A stretch of DNA of 29,440 nt from Octopus sinensis (GCF_006345805.1 NW_021832958.1:1-29440), one strand, 5' to 3'; counted from the first letter of the stretch, positions 1 to 11,140 are shown. Notes: generated by a model not told the origin, from the letters alone. A program made the numbers and translations.

Positions 1-284
1 ACAATTGAATATCAAAAAGCATAAAAAATAGAAACAATTCTGGATTTACAAACAATATTTCCGTTCTTTTGTGTTTTTACCGCTTCTTAATAAGAAATAT
101 TTTAATAATACTTAACGAAACTGATTAAGATTGATAAAAATTCGACCATGTTATATTGATATAATCGGAATATTTGATGGTTATCAAAGTCCTACATAAC
201 CACATAGTCCCCACCCCTCAAACACTTTGCTTACCCCCGGTTTTAGCATAACAGTGGACATCACTGTGTAGACGGGTAGTTTGT

Positions 285-875
285 CACAGGACGGCTCTTT
301 GGGCGAGTATCTTTCTTCAGCAATAACTCTAGGCAGAACAATACCTTGTCACTGAATATAGTAGACAGAAACTGTATGGAATCCGTCGTGTATATATATA
401 TAATATATATATAATATATATATAATATTTGTGTGTGTGTTCAGTGTATACGCCGTGGGTATATATATTCATATGAATATTATATATATATAATATATAA
501 TATCTATATATATATATATATACAAATATATGTATGCCTATATATATGTATATATGTACGCATGTGTGTGGACAAACGAAAGAATGGCACTCAACCAATT
601 TCTTGTGAGTTACATGTATGGATCAAAACAGTTTCGTTGGTACTCTTGAGTTTCAAGAGTGATGCTAGTCGTTAACCAAAATATATGCGTGTGTTTTTGT
701 TTATCTCTCCACATGTGTCCATTTGTTTTCGCCCCAATTTCTTAACGGTTCGTAGAAATACATCGATAGAATAAATACCAGCCTTAAAATATACATACCG
801 AGGTGGAGTTGATTGACTAAACACTTCAAAGCGGTGCCTCAGCATTATTTCAGTCTAATTACTGAACAAAAAAAA
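285..875 (+). mobile_element. Degenerate tRNA-derived SINE (family A) with expanded internal (TA)n/(TG)n tract
   Basis: 5' part (…gtagacagaaactgtatggaatccgtcg) and 3' part (…gatagaataaatacc…gcggtgcctcagc…aattactgaac) align loosely to the complete copy at 28716-29131. Confidence 0.65.
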
Positions 876-946
876 AGACAACATTAGAAGAGCATTTTTA
901 TGGATTTGGAAACAAAAACATGCAATGAATTATTATTATTATTATT

Positions 947-1248
947 CAGTAGTGTTATGTTAATATCGTGCTTTCACTTCACTACCGAGCGCAGCTCTGT
1001 GTGCCTTGGGTATGTGCTATGATTGTTGTGATGCTCTTATGGTTACTGTATTGAAAGTGTTTTACGTAGGATGTGTGCAGTGCCCAGTACTGCAATTTCC
1101 TGTATGTTATATATATATACTTGTAAGTCCTAGTGTTTATGTTATGTATTTGCCTGAATATTTTTATCATACCTAATGCGTCTACTATGATAGGAATTGT
1201 TTCTGTTTTTAGATTCCACATTCGAGTTACCTCTATTTCCAGATCTTT

Positions 1249-1251
<3 letters not shown>
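947..1251 (-). mobile_element. R4/Dong-type RLE non-LTR retrotransposon, 3' fragment (lineage A, copy 1)
   Basis: Minus strand YKDLEIEVTRMWNLKTETIPIIVDALGMIK…, then after frameshifts QEIAVLGTAH. This is the C-terminal restriction-like endonuclease end of R4/Dong ORFs. Followed by a short 3' UTR and flanked on both sides by (TAA)n. Alignable to 19677-19975. Confidence 0.85.
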
Positions 1252-1312
<61 letters not shown>

Positions 1313-1317
1313 CATCA

Positions 1318-1373
<56 letters not shown>

Positions 1374-1386
1374 TTTATCATTATTA

Positions 1387-1420
<34 letters not shown>
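1251..1420. repeat. (TAT)n microsatellite
   Basis: Direct reading; source of the poly-Y/I/N ORFs. Confidence 0.98.
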
Positions 1421-1892
1421 TTATGACAAACGAAGAAATATTTACGAAAAGTGCTGATTTAGCATTCATTTTCATTAATTTAGAAGCTAAGAAAGTGAGA
1501 TGTTGGATACAAAGTTGAATAATCAATTTACGCATGCCCTTACATTACATTTAATGACCGCAAACAAAATTTTACTAATATTTTGCAAGTTAATAAAGCC
1601 TATCAAAAGAGAGTCAAATAAAAATAGCTTTATAATTAATCAAACTAATTACTGTCGTGAAATCTCAGCTTTCTGGTGTTGGTTCAGTATAATCAGTAAT
1701 AGTACCTGTTTTGTTGTTGTTGGTGGTGGTTTTGTTTTTATTTTTTGGTTTTGTTTTTGGTTGTTGTTCTTTTTTTTTAGCACTTAGACCCCCTAAGGCT
1801 CCACCAGTTTCCAGGGCATCCGTGATCACAACGTTTGCCTGAATGAAACGCCGGTCCGTTGCAGAGTTCAATACCAAATATTTCAAGTTATG

Positions 1893-2052
1893 TTGATCCT
1901 TGTACTTGAATGATGCACATATTTTATCGATCCCGAATGGGTGGCAGGCAAAGTTACCTTGGCAGGATTTATAGTCGGAACGTAAACAGCTGGAAGTAAT
2001 GGCACTAAGCATTTTGTCCGACGTGCCACCGATTCTGCCAGCTCCAAGCCTT
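1893..2052 (-). mobile_element. tRNA-derived SINE (family B), partial
   Basis: Reverse complement reads gagctggcagaatcggtggcacgtcggacaaaatgcttagtg…gggatcgataaaat, homologous to copies at 18035, 20172 and 25490. Confidence 0.75.
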
Positions 2053-2437
2053 AGTAGTAGCTGTAACACACTTCTATAAAACCTACCCAGTTTGAAGCGA
2101 TTGAATTTTAATGTTCGATTAAGAAATATTTGATTCAAAATGTTTACAAATAAAGGATATATGCATGGACATTTATATATATGCAGCTTTAGAATCTAGA
2201 TTGAAAGCGTAAGGTAAGGAAAATATTAATTATCTTTCTTACTCCATTATCATATACCTGAGAAGAGGTGAAAATTTATTCAAATTTTAAATAAACGATC
2301 AGCAAAAGTTACCGCGAAAGAACAGAGCCAGGAAAAATCATTAAAAAAATTTTCATAAAAGTATTTTTCGGGTTGATTAAAATAACATTGGAAAGAGACG
2401 AACGAATTTATCTGACAACCCATAAATTATAACGTGT

Positions 2438-2549
2438 ATGCCTGTGTGTGTGCGTACGAGTGAGTGTGTGTGTGTGTATGTGTGTGTACGTTTGTACGTG
2501 TGCGTGTATGCATGTATATATATATATATATATATGTATTATATATATG

Positions 2550-2603
<54 letters not shown>

Positions 2604-2685
2604 ATATATATATATATATATATATATTTATGTATATATATACACATATATATAATAAATCCTGTATATTCTCATAATGAATATG

Positions 2686-2725
<40 letters not shown>
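2438..2725. repeat. Compound (TG)n/(TA)n microsatellite
   Basis: Direct reading. Confidence 0.97.
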
Positions 2726-2726
<1 letters not shown>

Positions 2727-3062
2727 TTGCATATAAATATACATATAATTTATAAATTCTTTATCCTCAACTTATTTTTAAAATGTTTACATATAAAGGA
2801 TATATGCAGCGACATTTGTATGCGTATGCGTGTATGTGTAAGTGCATGCAACTATGTATGTCCACATGTACGTGTATTAGGGTGTCTAGTTTCATTCTGT
2901 CTCCCCAGGGGCAGACAGGAAATCAATTGGGTTTAGATATTATGAGTTGGCATGTGCCTCTTGAGAACATTATGTGTTGCTTGCTAATGAAATAACGCTA
3001 CAAGTTACTATAACGAGTCCGTGTGTTGAACGATAAAGGAGTCGACTGTCCTGCCTAAATAG

Positions 3063-3215
3063 CATCAACATCAACAACAACAACAACAACAGCAAGAAGA
3101 AGAAGAAGAAGAAGAAGAAGAAAAAGAAGAAAAGAAGAAGAAGAAGAAGAAGAAGAAGAAGAAGAAGAAGAAGAAGAAGAAGAAGAAGAAGGATAATAAT
3201 CAACCCTTTTCAAAA

Positions 3216-3261
<46 letters not shown>

Positions 3262-3518
3262 GTATTTAAGGAGCAGGAGGAGGAGAAGAAAAAGAAGAGG
3301 GAGATGAGGAGGAAAGAGAAGCAGAAGAAACGGGAGAATGTAAAAGGAGAGGAAAAGAAGAAGAAGAAGAAGAAGAAGAAGAAGAAGAAGAAGAAAAAGA
3401 AGAAGAAGAAGAAGAAGAAGAAGAAGAAGAAGAAGAAGAAGAAGAAGAAGAAGAAGAAGAAGAAGAAGAAGAAGAAGAAGAAGAAGAGGAATGATAATAA
3501 TCAACCCTTTTCAAAAAA
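3063..3518. repeat. Compound (CAA)n/(AAG)n/(TAA)n tract containing a 26-bp direct repeat
   Basis: Long (AAG)n runs; GATAATAATCAACCCTTTTCAAAAAA at 3192-3217 and 3493-3518. Confidence 0.95.
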
Positions 3519-3679
3519 CACATCCATCGTCAGCCAAGCATCTGTCTCTCCGTGAAATTATGTTGAGGTTCGTTTACCATGTTTGATTGCTTATGTTGCG
3601 ATTAGAACTGTTTTTGATATAGAACGCAGTTGACTATGGAATAATTGGAGGTTACATAATTATTATACTTTTTGTCTGT

Positions 3680-3757
3680 TATTGCTTTCAGTCATTGGAT
3701 TTACTGCCAGGAGATCGCATCGACCGAGTTTTAGTCGATCAAATCAAACTGGCACTC
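3680..3757 (-). mobile_element. SINE family A 3' end fragment
   Basis: Reverse complement …atttgatcgactaaaac…ccaatgactgaaagc matches the SINE tail motif at 29055-29110. Confidence 0.55.
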
Positions 3758-3779
3758 TTTTATTATTATTATTATTATT

Positions 3780-4295
3780 GAGTGAGAGAGCAGTTCATGC
3801 CATCAAAGTGACACTGGGGTAAAATATACGAAGCCCAGTATACCCATCATGACTACCCGTATGATAATGGTACACCAGGCACATGCATCACAACCATATG
3901 TGCGCGACATGGTGATCTCATATCAAGATAAACAGCACATGACCTTGCAGGTGGGGCCCAGTGAGAATTTTCTCCTGGTTGGGTTACCCATTCTGCTCAA
4001 AAGGTCCCTGAATAAGGGTTGTTTAAGGATGTAGAACGAAACACCCATGTTTCCAGAGGTGAATTGTTCAAGCCCCAAAGAATCCCTCTCAACACATGGC
4101 TATGATGCTCCCCCACTACTTCTGCTCGTGATCAGAGATGCACATTTCTTCAGCCACTAAGGAACATGGTCAACTGGTTAAGGTCAAGCAATTGACAAGT
4201 AAATCTGTGGTATTGAGCAGAATATTTGCTGTAGTCCATCTTTTATACCAACACAAAACAAATGTAATTGGAAACATGGGTGTTTCGTTCAACAT
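3780..4295 (-). mobile_element. ORF-less dispersed repeat flanked by (TAA)n, copy 1 (probable non-autonomous retroposon, 5'-truncated)
   Basis: Alignable over about 490 bp to 24945-25476 in opposite orientation; both ends abut (TTA)n; no credible ORF. Strand assigned so that the flanks read (TAA)n (inference). Confidence 0.8.
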
Positions 4296-4296
4296 A

Positions 4297-4339
<43 letters not shown>

Positions 4340-4514
4340 CATTATTATTGTTATTATTATCGATTTATTTTTTCTGTTTTTTTCTGTTATTTCTGCTAAT
4401 TAGTCTATTGATCTTTGTTTTGCCGAAGTGCTAAGTTACAAGGATGTAAACAAATAAATGGCCATTGTCGAGTGAACTGGTATAACATGAAGACAAGTTA
4501 AAAAGCACAAACAA

Positions 4515-4680
4515 CTCATACACACGCGCACACACACACACACATATGCATATATATACATCTATGCAAATATTCATATACATGTATATAATAATACACA
4601 CATACACGTATATATGTATATGTGTGTGTGTCTATGTGTGTGCATGTGCGTGTGTATGTGTGTGTGTGTGTGTGTGTGCA
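4515..4680. repeat. Compound (CA)n/(TA)n/(TG)n microsatellite
   Basis: Direct reading. Confidence 0.95.
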
Positions 4681-5457
4681 TACAGCGTAAGTCAACTTGT
4701 GACTGAGCAAGTCTATTTGCTGATCTCAAAAAACCCATGTAAACGTTCGGAGAGGCCCAGAAGTTTTTGTTTTCAGTGCGCTGGACCCACATTCCAGCTA
4801 CAGAACATTAAGCTCCAGAACCAGTGACGCCACAGAGGTTGAGATGACCAAAAACCAACAGCATTTCAGTATATGCAGAATACATATAGATATATTCTTA
4901 TCTTTTGCAAACAACTGTCAGATGCAAATGCTACAAGTTGAAAGCTGCGCATATCGGATGCTAGCAACTTTATGGGGTCATCAGGAGAGAATACGCCCTA
5001 TTTTGGAACCTTCTTCTCTCGGCATTAATACGCACCGGTCTCCCTCACTGAGAATCATAATGGCGTTTGCTTTACGATGAGTTAGGCTTAGCGAAAACAA
5101 CAGTCGCCTCTCATTTTTGTCCAATGAATCCGTTACATTCAACTCTGCATTACAGCTTGCGTCTTCACATTCCTCGAGAAGGTTTATGTAAAAGTCGATC
5201 TTTCGAGTCCTAGCGATGCCCATGTTATTTTCATTGAGGAATCGTTAACGGGACTAGATTTATTACTTTCTTTCACATGAATTTTAACAACAAAAGTCTT
5301 CTGTGCACTAACAAGGCTCATATTGACCCCAAATGAAAACCAGGAAGTCTAACAGAAGTATAAAAGCCGACGTTACAAGCTTGTTCTGTTGTAACAAGAT
5401 CAATACCTAGAGAGGTTAATTTTTAAAAAATAACTACAGAGGGCAGAGCATGAGCAA

Positions 5458-5717
5458 TATCTTTTTCTACTTTCAGCCATAAGACTAAGGCCATGCTGGA
5501 GTAAGTCTTGACGAATTTTAGTCGAAAGAATCAACACCAGGACTTATTTTCTTTTTAGGTTTGGTCCTTTTTCTATCATTCCCTTTGCCGAATTCCTAAT
5601 TTACAGGCTATAAACACACCAACACCGTTTACTAAACGGTGTTCGGGGGACTAAGCTAAACATACACACACATATATGTATGTGTATGTACCTATGTTTA
5701 TAAAATGTATAGTCATG

Positions 5718-5750
<33 letters not shown>

Positions 5751-6212
5751 ATGTATAATGGATTAAGGAAAGAGAAAGTGGATTTGATATTAGTCTTTAC
5801 AAAGGCTAATACCAAATCCATCTTCTGTTTCCTTAACCGATTATTATCTCAACTAACGCTGCGGAATTCCTGCAGTAGATGCAACGGAAATATACCCCAA
5901 CTGCAGATCACACCAGGTAGCCAAAACCGTGCTGGTGCTTTACTCGACACATCAACACACTAACGGACATATACCCATTAGTCCAAAAATATTCCATATA
6001 TATATATATAGATAGATAGAGAGAGGTGGGGGGGGAGATGCCATACAGACATACAGACATACAGACATACGACGGGCTTCTTTTACAGATTCCGTCTATG
6101 AAATCTAGTCACGAGTGTTTGGCCGGCCCGAGGCTTTAGCAGAACACACTTGGCCAATGTGACTGATCCTGGGACCATGCGGCTTGGAAGCAAACTCCTT
6201 ACCGCAACCCCC
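5458..6212 (-). mobile_element. SINE family A, split by an insertion in its central microsatellite
   Basis: 3' half at 5458-5660 (ttcagccat…ggccatgctggag…aggacttatt) and 5' half at 6050-6212 (cgacgggcttc…ccgtctat…cccgaggct…gggaccatg) are collinear with the reverse complement of 28716-29131. Confidence 0.7.
5761..5838. repeat. Near-perfect hairpin, 36-bp arms with a 2-nt loop
   Basis: 5763-5798 is the reverse complement of 5801-5836 with 5 mismatches. Confidence 0.9.
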
Positions 6213-6416
6213 ATACCGGTTTTATCTGTAGAACATGTTGCCCTCCACTTCTTATTGCCATTATATTATATTATATAACAATACTTGCAGATAACTGTTC
6301 ATGTATTTAATCTAAAATGCATTTCAAATCTTAAAAACATTTCGTCTTTGCTCGCAACGTTTCACAATACACCGGGAGTCGATCGGGGTCGCGTGCCGCA
6401 GATTGTTAACCGCTGA

Positions 6417-6456
<40 letters not shown>

Positions 6457-6681
6457 TATATGGTGGTGGTGGTGGTGGTGGTTGTGGTGGTAGTCGTGGT
6501 CGCGGTGGTTTTCGAGTGTGGTGATTATGTGGTGTTAACTTTATAAATATATTCAAAGATGCAATCAGCGCATCACTTGATGTTTTCCTCACCTCATTAA
6601 AGTTTTATGACTGACAACTGCAGCTGTTGGTGATCTCTACCCACGCACTCTCCCCCTCTCTCTCTTTCTTCCTCACTCTTC

Positions 6682-6712
<31 letters not shown>

Positions 6713-6764
6713 GTTTTACCTATCTAATTATCTATCTGTGTGTCTATATATATATATATATATA

Positions 6765-6807
<43 letters not shown>

Positions 6808-6960
6808 GCATCGATCTCTGTGTATAAAGATGAATGCCTCTACATGCATTTATATATATGTGTGTCTGTGCGTGCGCGCGCGCGTGTGTATGTGTATACT
6901 TATATATATGTGCGTTGTATGTATATGTATGTATATGTATGTGCATACAGATGTAACTAT
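6417..6960. repeat. Cluster of (TAG)n, (GGT)n, (TC)n, (TA)n and (TG)n microsatellites with short non-repetitive spacers
   Basis: Direct reading. Confidence 0.9.
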
Positions 6961-7259
6961 GTATGCGTGTATGAATATTTCCCTCACCTGCACGTATATG
7001 TTATGATGGTTATGATGATGATGATGGTGGGGGTAGGAGTGGAGGTGGTGGCAATCATGGTGGTATTTGTGGGGTTAGCAGTGGTTGTACCTGTGGTGGG
7101 AGGAGAAGGAGCAGAGATAGATCTATTGATGGGGGGGGGGTAGATTGCTTAGAAGGAAAGGGGGACGGTGTCAGGCGTGTTGTAAGAATAGCGAGGGGGG
7201 ATAATGATCGATATAATTAATATCTTTTTTGTTATCATTAATTTTATTGCCACTGCAAC

Positions 7260-7276
7260 TACTATTACTACTGCTG

Positions 7277-7333
<57 letters not shown>

Positions 7334-7552
7334 TTACGACTACTACTACATTTACAACTATTCCTCATCAAACTAGTAGTAGTAGTAGTAGTAATTGTTG
7401 TTGTGGTGGTGGTGGTGGTGGTGGAATATTAGTTGTATATACTCAAAAATACTCAACAAACAAACGCACTCATAATCGCTTATTGTGGCCACAATGATCC
7501 CGAGATAGCTAAAGAGGAATGTATAACTGTTCTGTGTGTGTGTGGAGAGAGA

Positions 7553-7621
<69 letters not shown>
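7260..7621. repeat. (CTA)n, (TAG)n, (GGT)n, (GA)n and (GACA)n microsatellites
   Basis: Direct reading. Confidence 0.93.
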
Positions 7622-7622
<1 letters not shown>

Positions 7623-8905
7623 TTCGACAACACGTTCCTCTCTATTCTCAACCTTCTTTTCAAGTGAAAAGTTGACGAGAGACTGACCAGAGAGGAAAGT
7701 GTTTGTTTGTAAGCCTTTCAAACAGCGTCCACCACACACATTCTTTCGCCATAGCTATCAGTGTTACGAAAACTGTTTTTCCTTCCCGTTTAAAGGAAGG
7801 TGGCGGAACAATATTCACGATAGACTCGGCTGATAAGCGGGTCCGTCCCACACGCGACAACAGCTGTTCGACGAAGGCCCACAACTCTGGAATATCTGGA
7901 CACTGCGCGAGTGCGTGCAGAACAGTTCCGCCGCTCTGAACGCATCTCGGGCAGGTCGGTCCGGTAGTTTTCGAACCGTGTCTGTAGATCTCCTCTCGAA
8001 CTGGTAGTGCGTCCCGATAGCATTGCCAAGCCAGGGATCTTTGGAAGTTATCCATAGGCCCCGGCCGGAACGTCGTCCCGAAAAGGCGGGTTAGGAATTT
8101 CTCGTTGACACCCAGGTTTGCCCCGAGAGTATCATCGGATCCCCTCTCCACTAGTCCTTTATAGAACGCATTGGTCGTTTGGAAGTTGCACAAGTTTGAT
8201 CCCGGACGGCAGAGCTGCTGTAGAGCTTGGCGACACACTCGGTGCCAATCGCCCAGTTTCGGTCTCTTTTTGATCCATATTTGCATTTCAGTCAGTGAGA
8301 CGAGCTGCGGGAAGGCGCGCCTCATGAACGGCGCCCACACCTGTTCACCGTCGTCGATGAAGTTCCAGAGATGACGCAGTCTCAGCGCATGCCTGCGCAT
8401 CATTAACCACGGCATCCCAAGTCCTCCATTTAAAGGATGTTGACAGCAAATGGATCGCCTCACTATCGGATCGCTACCTTTCCACAGAAAGCGGAAGAGT
8501 ATGCGTTCTAGTTTCGTGATGGTAGCATCTGAACAAGGCACGACGGTCAGGCGGTAATCGATGAGGTGTTATTTCTTTATTTAGGCGGTAATCGATGATT
8601 GATGCGATGTACGCATTAGCCACCTCCGACCGACCTTTTAGAGATAGCTTTCTCTCGGCCCGTGTTTGGCTGAGAGCGACCACTCTACTCGTGATCTCGT
8701 CCCAGTTCTTATCCATTTGGAGGTCCGGACTGAACCAGACCCCGAGCAGTTTAACCGGTCCGTCCGTCCAGCGTCCCACTACTGAGTCGCTGTTGGACGG
8801 TATGAGCTTGTTTCTCCAGGTACCGAGTAGCAAACGCACTGACTTTTCCGGGTTAATTTTTGCTCCCGTCACCGTTTCGTATTCTTTTAGTGTCTCGCCT
8901 AACAT
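7622..8905 (-). mobile_element. Tx1/L1-clade LINE ORF2 C-terminal fragment (RT C-terminal region plus zf-RVT), frameshifted
   Basis: ORFs 8474-8905 and 7660-8541: GAKINPEKS, KLLGVWF, KLSLKGR, FLWKG, GGLGMP, and CPRCVQSGGTVLHALAQCP (C-x2-C…H-x4-C). These are typical L1/Tx1 ORF2 motifs. The two ORFs join in frame when the 34-nt insertion within 8549-8598 is removed. Confidence 0.92.
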
Positions 8906-9120
8906 TTCGATGTGCTTTCTCTCTATCTTTCTCTCTTTCCTTTCTCTCTCTCTCCCCCTCTCTCTACCCCATAATCAGCAAGGATCTCTTCCTGTCGCCT
9001 CTCCCATCCTCAGCACAGCTACATTTCTCTTTTTTTTCTCTTATTCCAATAACTATCAACATTCTTCATACTGACTGAACAGAGAACCCTCTACAGCCAA
9101 CCCCAATCGGGAACAGCCAT

Positions 9121-9175
9121 ATATAATATGATATAATATGATATAATATGATATAATATGATATAATATGATAAT
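9121..9175. repeat. 10-bp minisatellite (ATATAATATG) x5.5
   Basis: Five perfect units at 9121-9170 plus ATAAT. Confidence 0.97.
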
Positions 9176-9616
9176 CAGCCACAAGATTTAGTATCCGTTA
9201 CGCCAGTGTTTTTTACTGAAACTATAGAGATGAAATAAAACAAAGCAGTGATGGATGCAGGGCTGTTGCCCTAATTGCTCGGGCTACACACTTTCTAGCC
9301 GAGCCAACACGAACAAAAAAATGAGAATTAAGTATATTTCCAGCAGTTTCACAGAGCATTACTGTTTCATGGGCACATGGTCTGCCACAACACACTTAGA
9401 ATCCATAAAAATAGGTCCATTTGTCAATAATTGCGATTCCCACTTTATTATTTTTTTTTTTTTTTCGAAACTGCGGGACACATCTAAAAAAGAAAAAATC
9501 TTGGACCCCCTTGGACCCCTCTGCTAAGTGAAATGATAGTAACTCGTTTTACGAAATTTAGCGAAGAAGTGAAGAATTACTCGATACTTTTTAGTACAGT
9601 ACGTGTTTATTATAGA

Positions 9617-10048
9617 CTAGCAGCATAACCCGGCGTTGCCCGGGTATGTAAGAGCCCCTAGTAGGCAACGACTAATCCCAATCTAGTCCTTTCCCTCTAG
9701 GGAACGAAGGCGCATGTGTAGGTTGCAATGTCTTCTCTTCACTCGAATACTACTGTGTATACGATGTTCCTAGCTGTCCCTTTGGGCGATAAAAAGGTCG
9801 AGTTGTGTCCCCTAGACAGAAAATGTGTTGCATATAAAAAGCTTAGATTCTCGACCCCATGTCGAATTTATTAATCTTTTTCAGAACTGGGGGAACTTTT
9901 CAAAATTTTAGCTGCGTTAGTTTTGAATTATGACATTGGGCTATGTGTGTGTCAAGTTTCATCAGAATCGGTTGAAAGCCGTGGTCAGGGTGAGGGTACA
10001 ACTTAACAGACACACAGACAGACAAACTGCCGTTTATATAGAGAGAGA
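9617..10048 (-). mobile_element. Non-autonomous Helitron (432 bp)
   Basis: Minus strand starts A|TC(TCTCTCTATATAAAC) and ends CTAG|T, with a GC-rich hairpin ACCCGGGCAACGCCGGGT just upstream of CTAG. No TSD, inserted between A and T: canonical Helitron termini. Confidence 0.88.
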
Positions 10049-10429
10049 TTTACCATAAGTAACATCGAAGTTTTGGTCTGCTAGCCTTCTTGGAAGGCTA
10101 TTTAATTAATGCACACGTGCACGCGCACATAAATATACGTATATATTCGTTAAGGTGATTCACATAGCGGCAAGAATGGGAAGACGCAAAGTGACATAAA
10201 AATGGTTTTGACTCTGAATCGAAACCGGATCGCTGAACTCACCTAGAAAGAAAATAGAAACTTATCCAGAGAGACGAAAATAAAAAATTTGACTCTACGT
10301 GGTTCACGCTTATAAATACTTTTTTTTTTTTGCGTTGTTAGAATCCAGATGTTCCCGGAGGAATCCAGCTCCTCAATCAGTGCGAACCAGTTATGATTGG
10401 AATTATTGTTGGATTGTTTCGCTGTCTAA

Positions 10430-11140
10430 GAAGAGGTGGGCGTTTCATTGTTTTAAAATTTTTTGTTGAGACCATTTGGTTATTTGTGAAAACCTTTGTT
10501 AGACTGATTTTGAAAGCTTTCTTTTTGTGTTTTGCCCCCGTGTGGAGAAGCTTGCATTAGGGAAAGCTCGAATATGGACAAATCATTGAGTGAAGAAGAA
10601 GTAGAAAAAGTTAATAGAAAAAAACTGAGGAAAAGGATAATACCCCACCTAGACCATCGACGTCAAGGAGAAACATTGAAGTTGCTCGAATCTGGATCTA
10701 GCGAAGCGGCTGGCAGTGATTCATGCAGAAAAAATAGACAACTCAGAAAGTTTGAATGAATTTCACATCTTTAAGACTGATAAGAAAAACTATAAAATAT
10801 TGGCTAACGAATTTCGCAAGGATGTAGGCCCTCCCAGATTGGACATTGCTGATTATCTGTATGAGGGCCTCATCACTCCGGCACCGCGAGCCCGGGAAAA
10901 AGAAATGGAGGCAGATAACCCTCCGCCTCCAGACACCGACTGAGGTAAGTCACTTTAATGGCTGTTCACGTAGGATGTATAAATCACGTAGGATGTATAA
11001 ATCATGTAGGATGTATAAATCACGTAGGATGTATAAATGGTCTGGCGCCAAACTGGAAACAAGGGCGTTTCCTAAATGACGTCAGGGCACAAGGTTTAGA
11101 TGTCATTGTTGCTACTGAAACTCGGTTAAAAGGGCCAAGA
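10430..11140 (+). mobile_element. Tx1/L1-like LINE 5' fragment: 5' UTR, shortened ORF1 remnant and start of ORF2 AP endonuclease
   Basis: ORF from 10958 reads MAVHVGCIN…GLAPNWKQGRFLNDVRAQGLDVIVATETRL, matching the APE N-terminal pattern (xxxNxxGL…DIIxxQETxL). It follows an upstream charged ORF (ATG 10574, stop 10943). The 5' limit is approximate. Confidence 0.8.
10967..11038 (+). repeat. 18-bp tandem repeat x4 (CACGTAGGATGTATAAAT), in frame in ORF2
   Basis: Four units, the third with C>T; encodes (HVGCIN)x4. Confidence 0.97.

Noticed and set aside
1133-1535. Poly-Y/I/N ORFs, and similar poly-K/L/S/T and YI/CV/HT ORFs throughout the ORF track
   Set aside because: They are translations of microsatellites, open in several frames and on both strands.
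1665-2138. 157-aa minus-strand ORF
   Set aside because: Runs through a SINE and a simple repeat; no protein motif.
2897-2918. Small GC-rich hairpin CTGTCTCCCC-A-GGGGCAGACAG
   Set aside because: 10-bp stem with a bulge and no context; may be chance in 29 kb.
7268-7392. (CTA)n followed by (TAG)n forming a potential fold-back
   Set aside because: Simple-repeat complementarity with no unique sequence to show a specific inversion.
7530-8960. TC-microsatellite targeting by the Tx1 fragment (Kibi/Koshi-like)
   Set aside because: The flanking tracts are in opposite orientation and the element's true 3' end is missing, so this is not a target-site pattern.
10967-11038. CRISPR-like regular repeats
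   Set aside because: No spacers, eukaryotic context, lies inside a LINE ORF.
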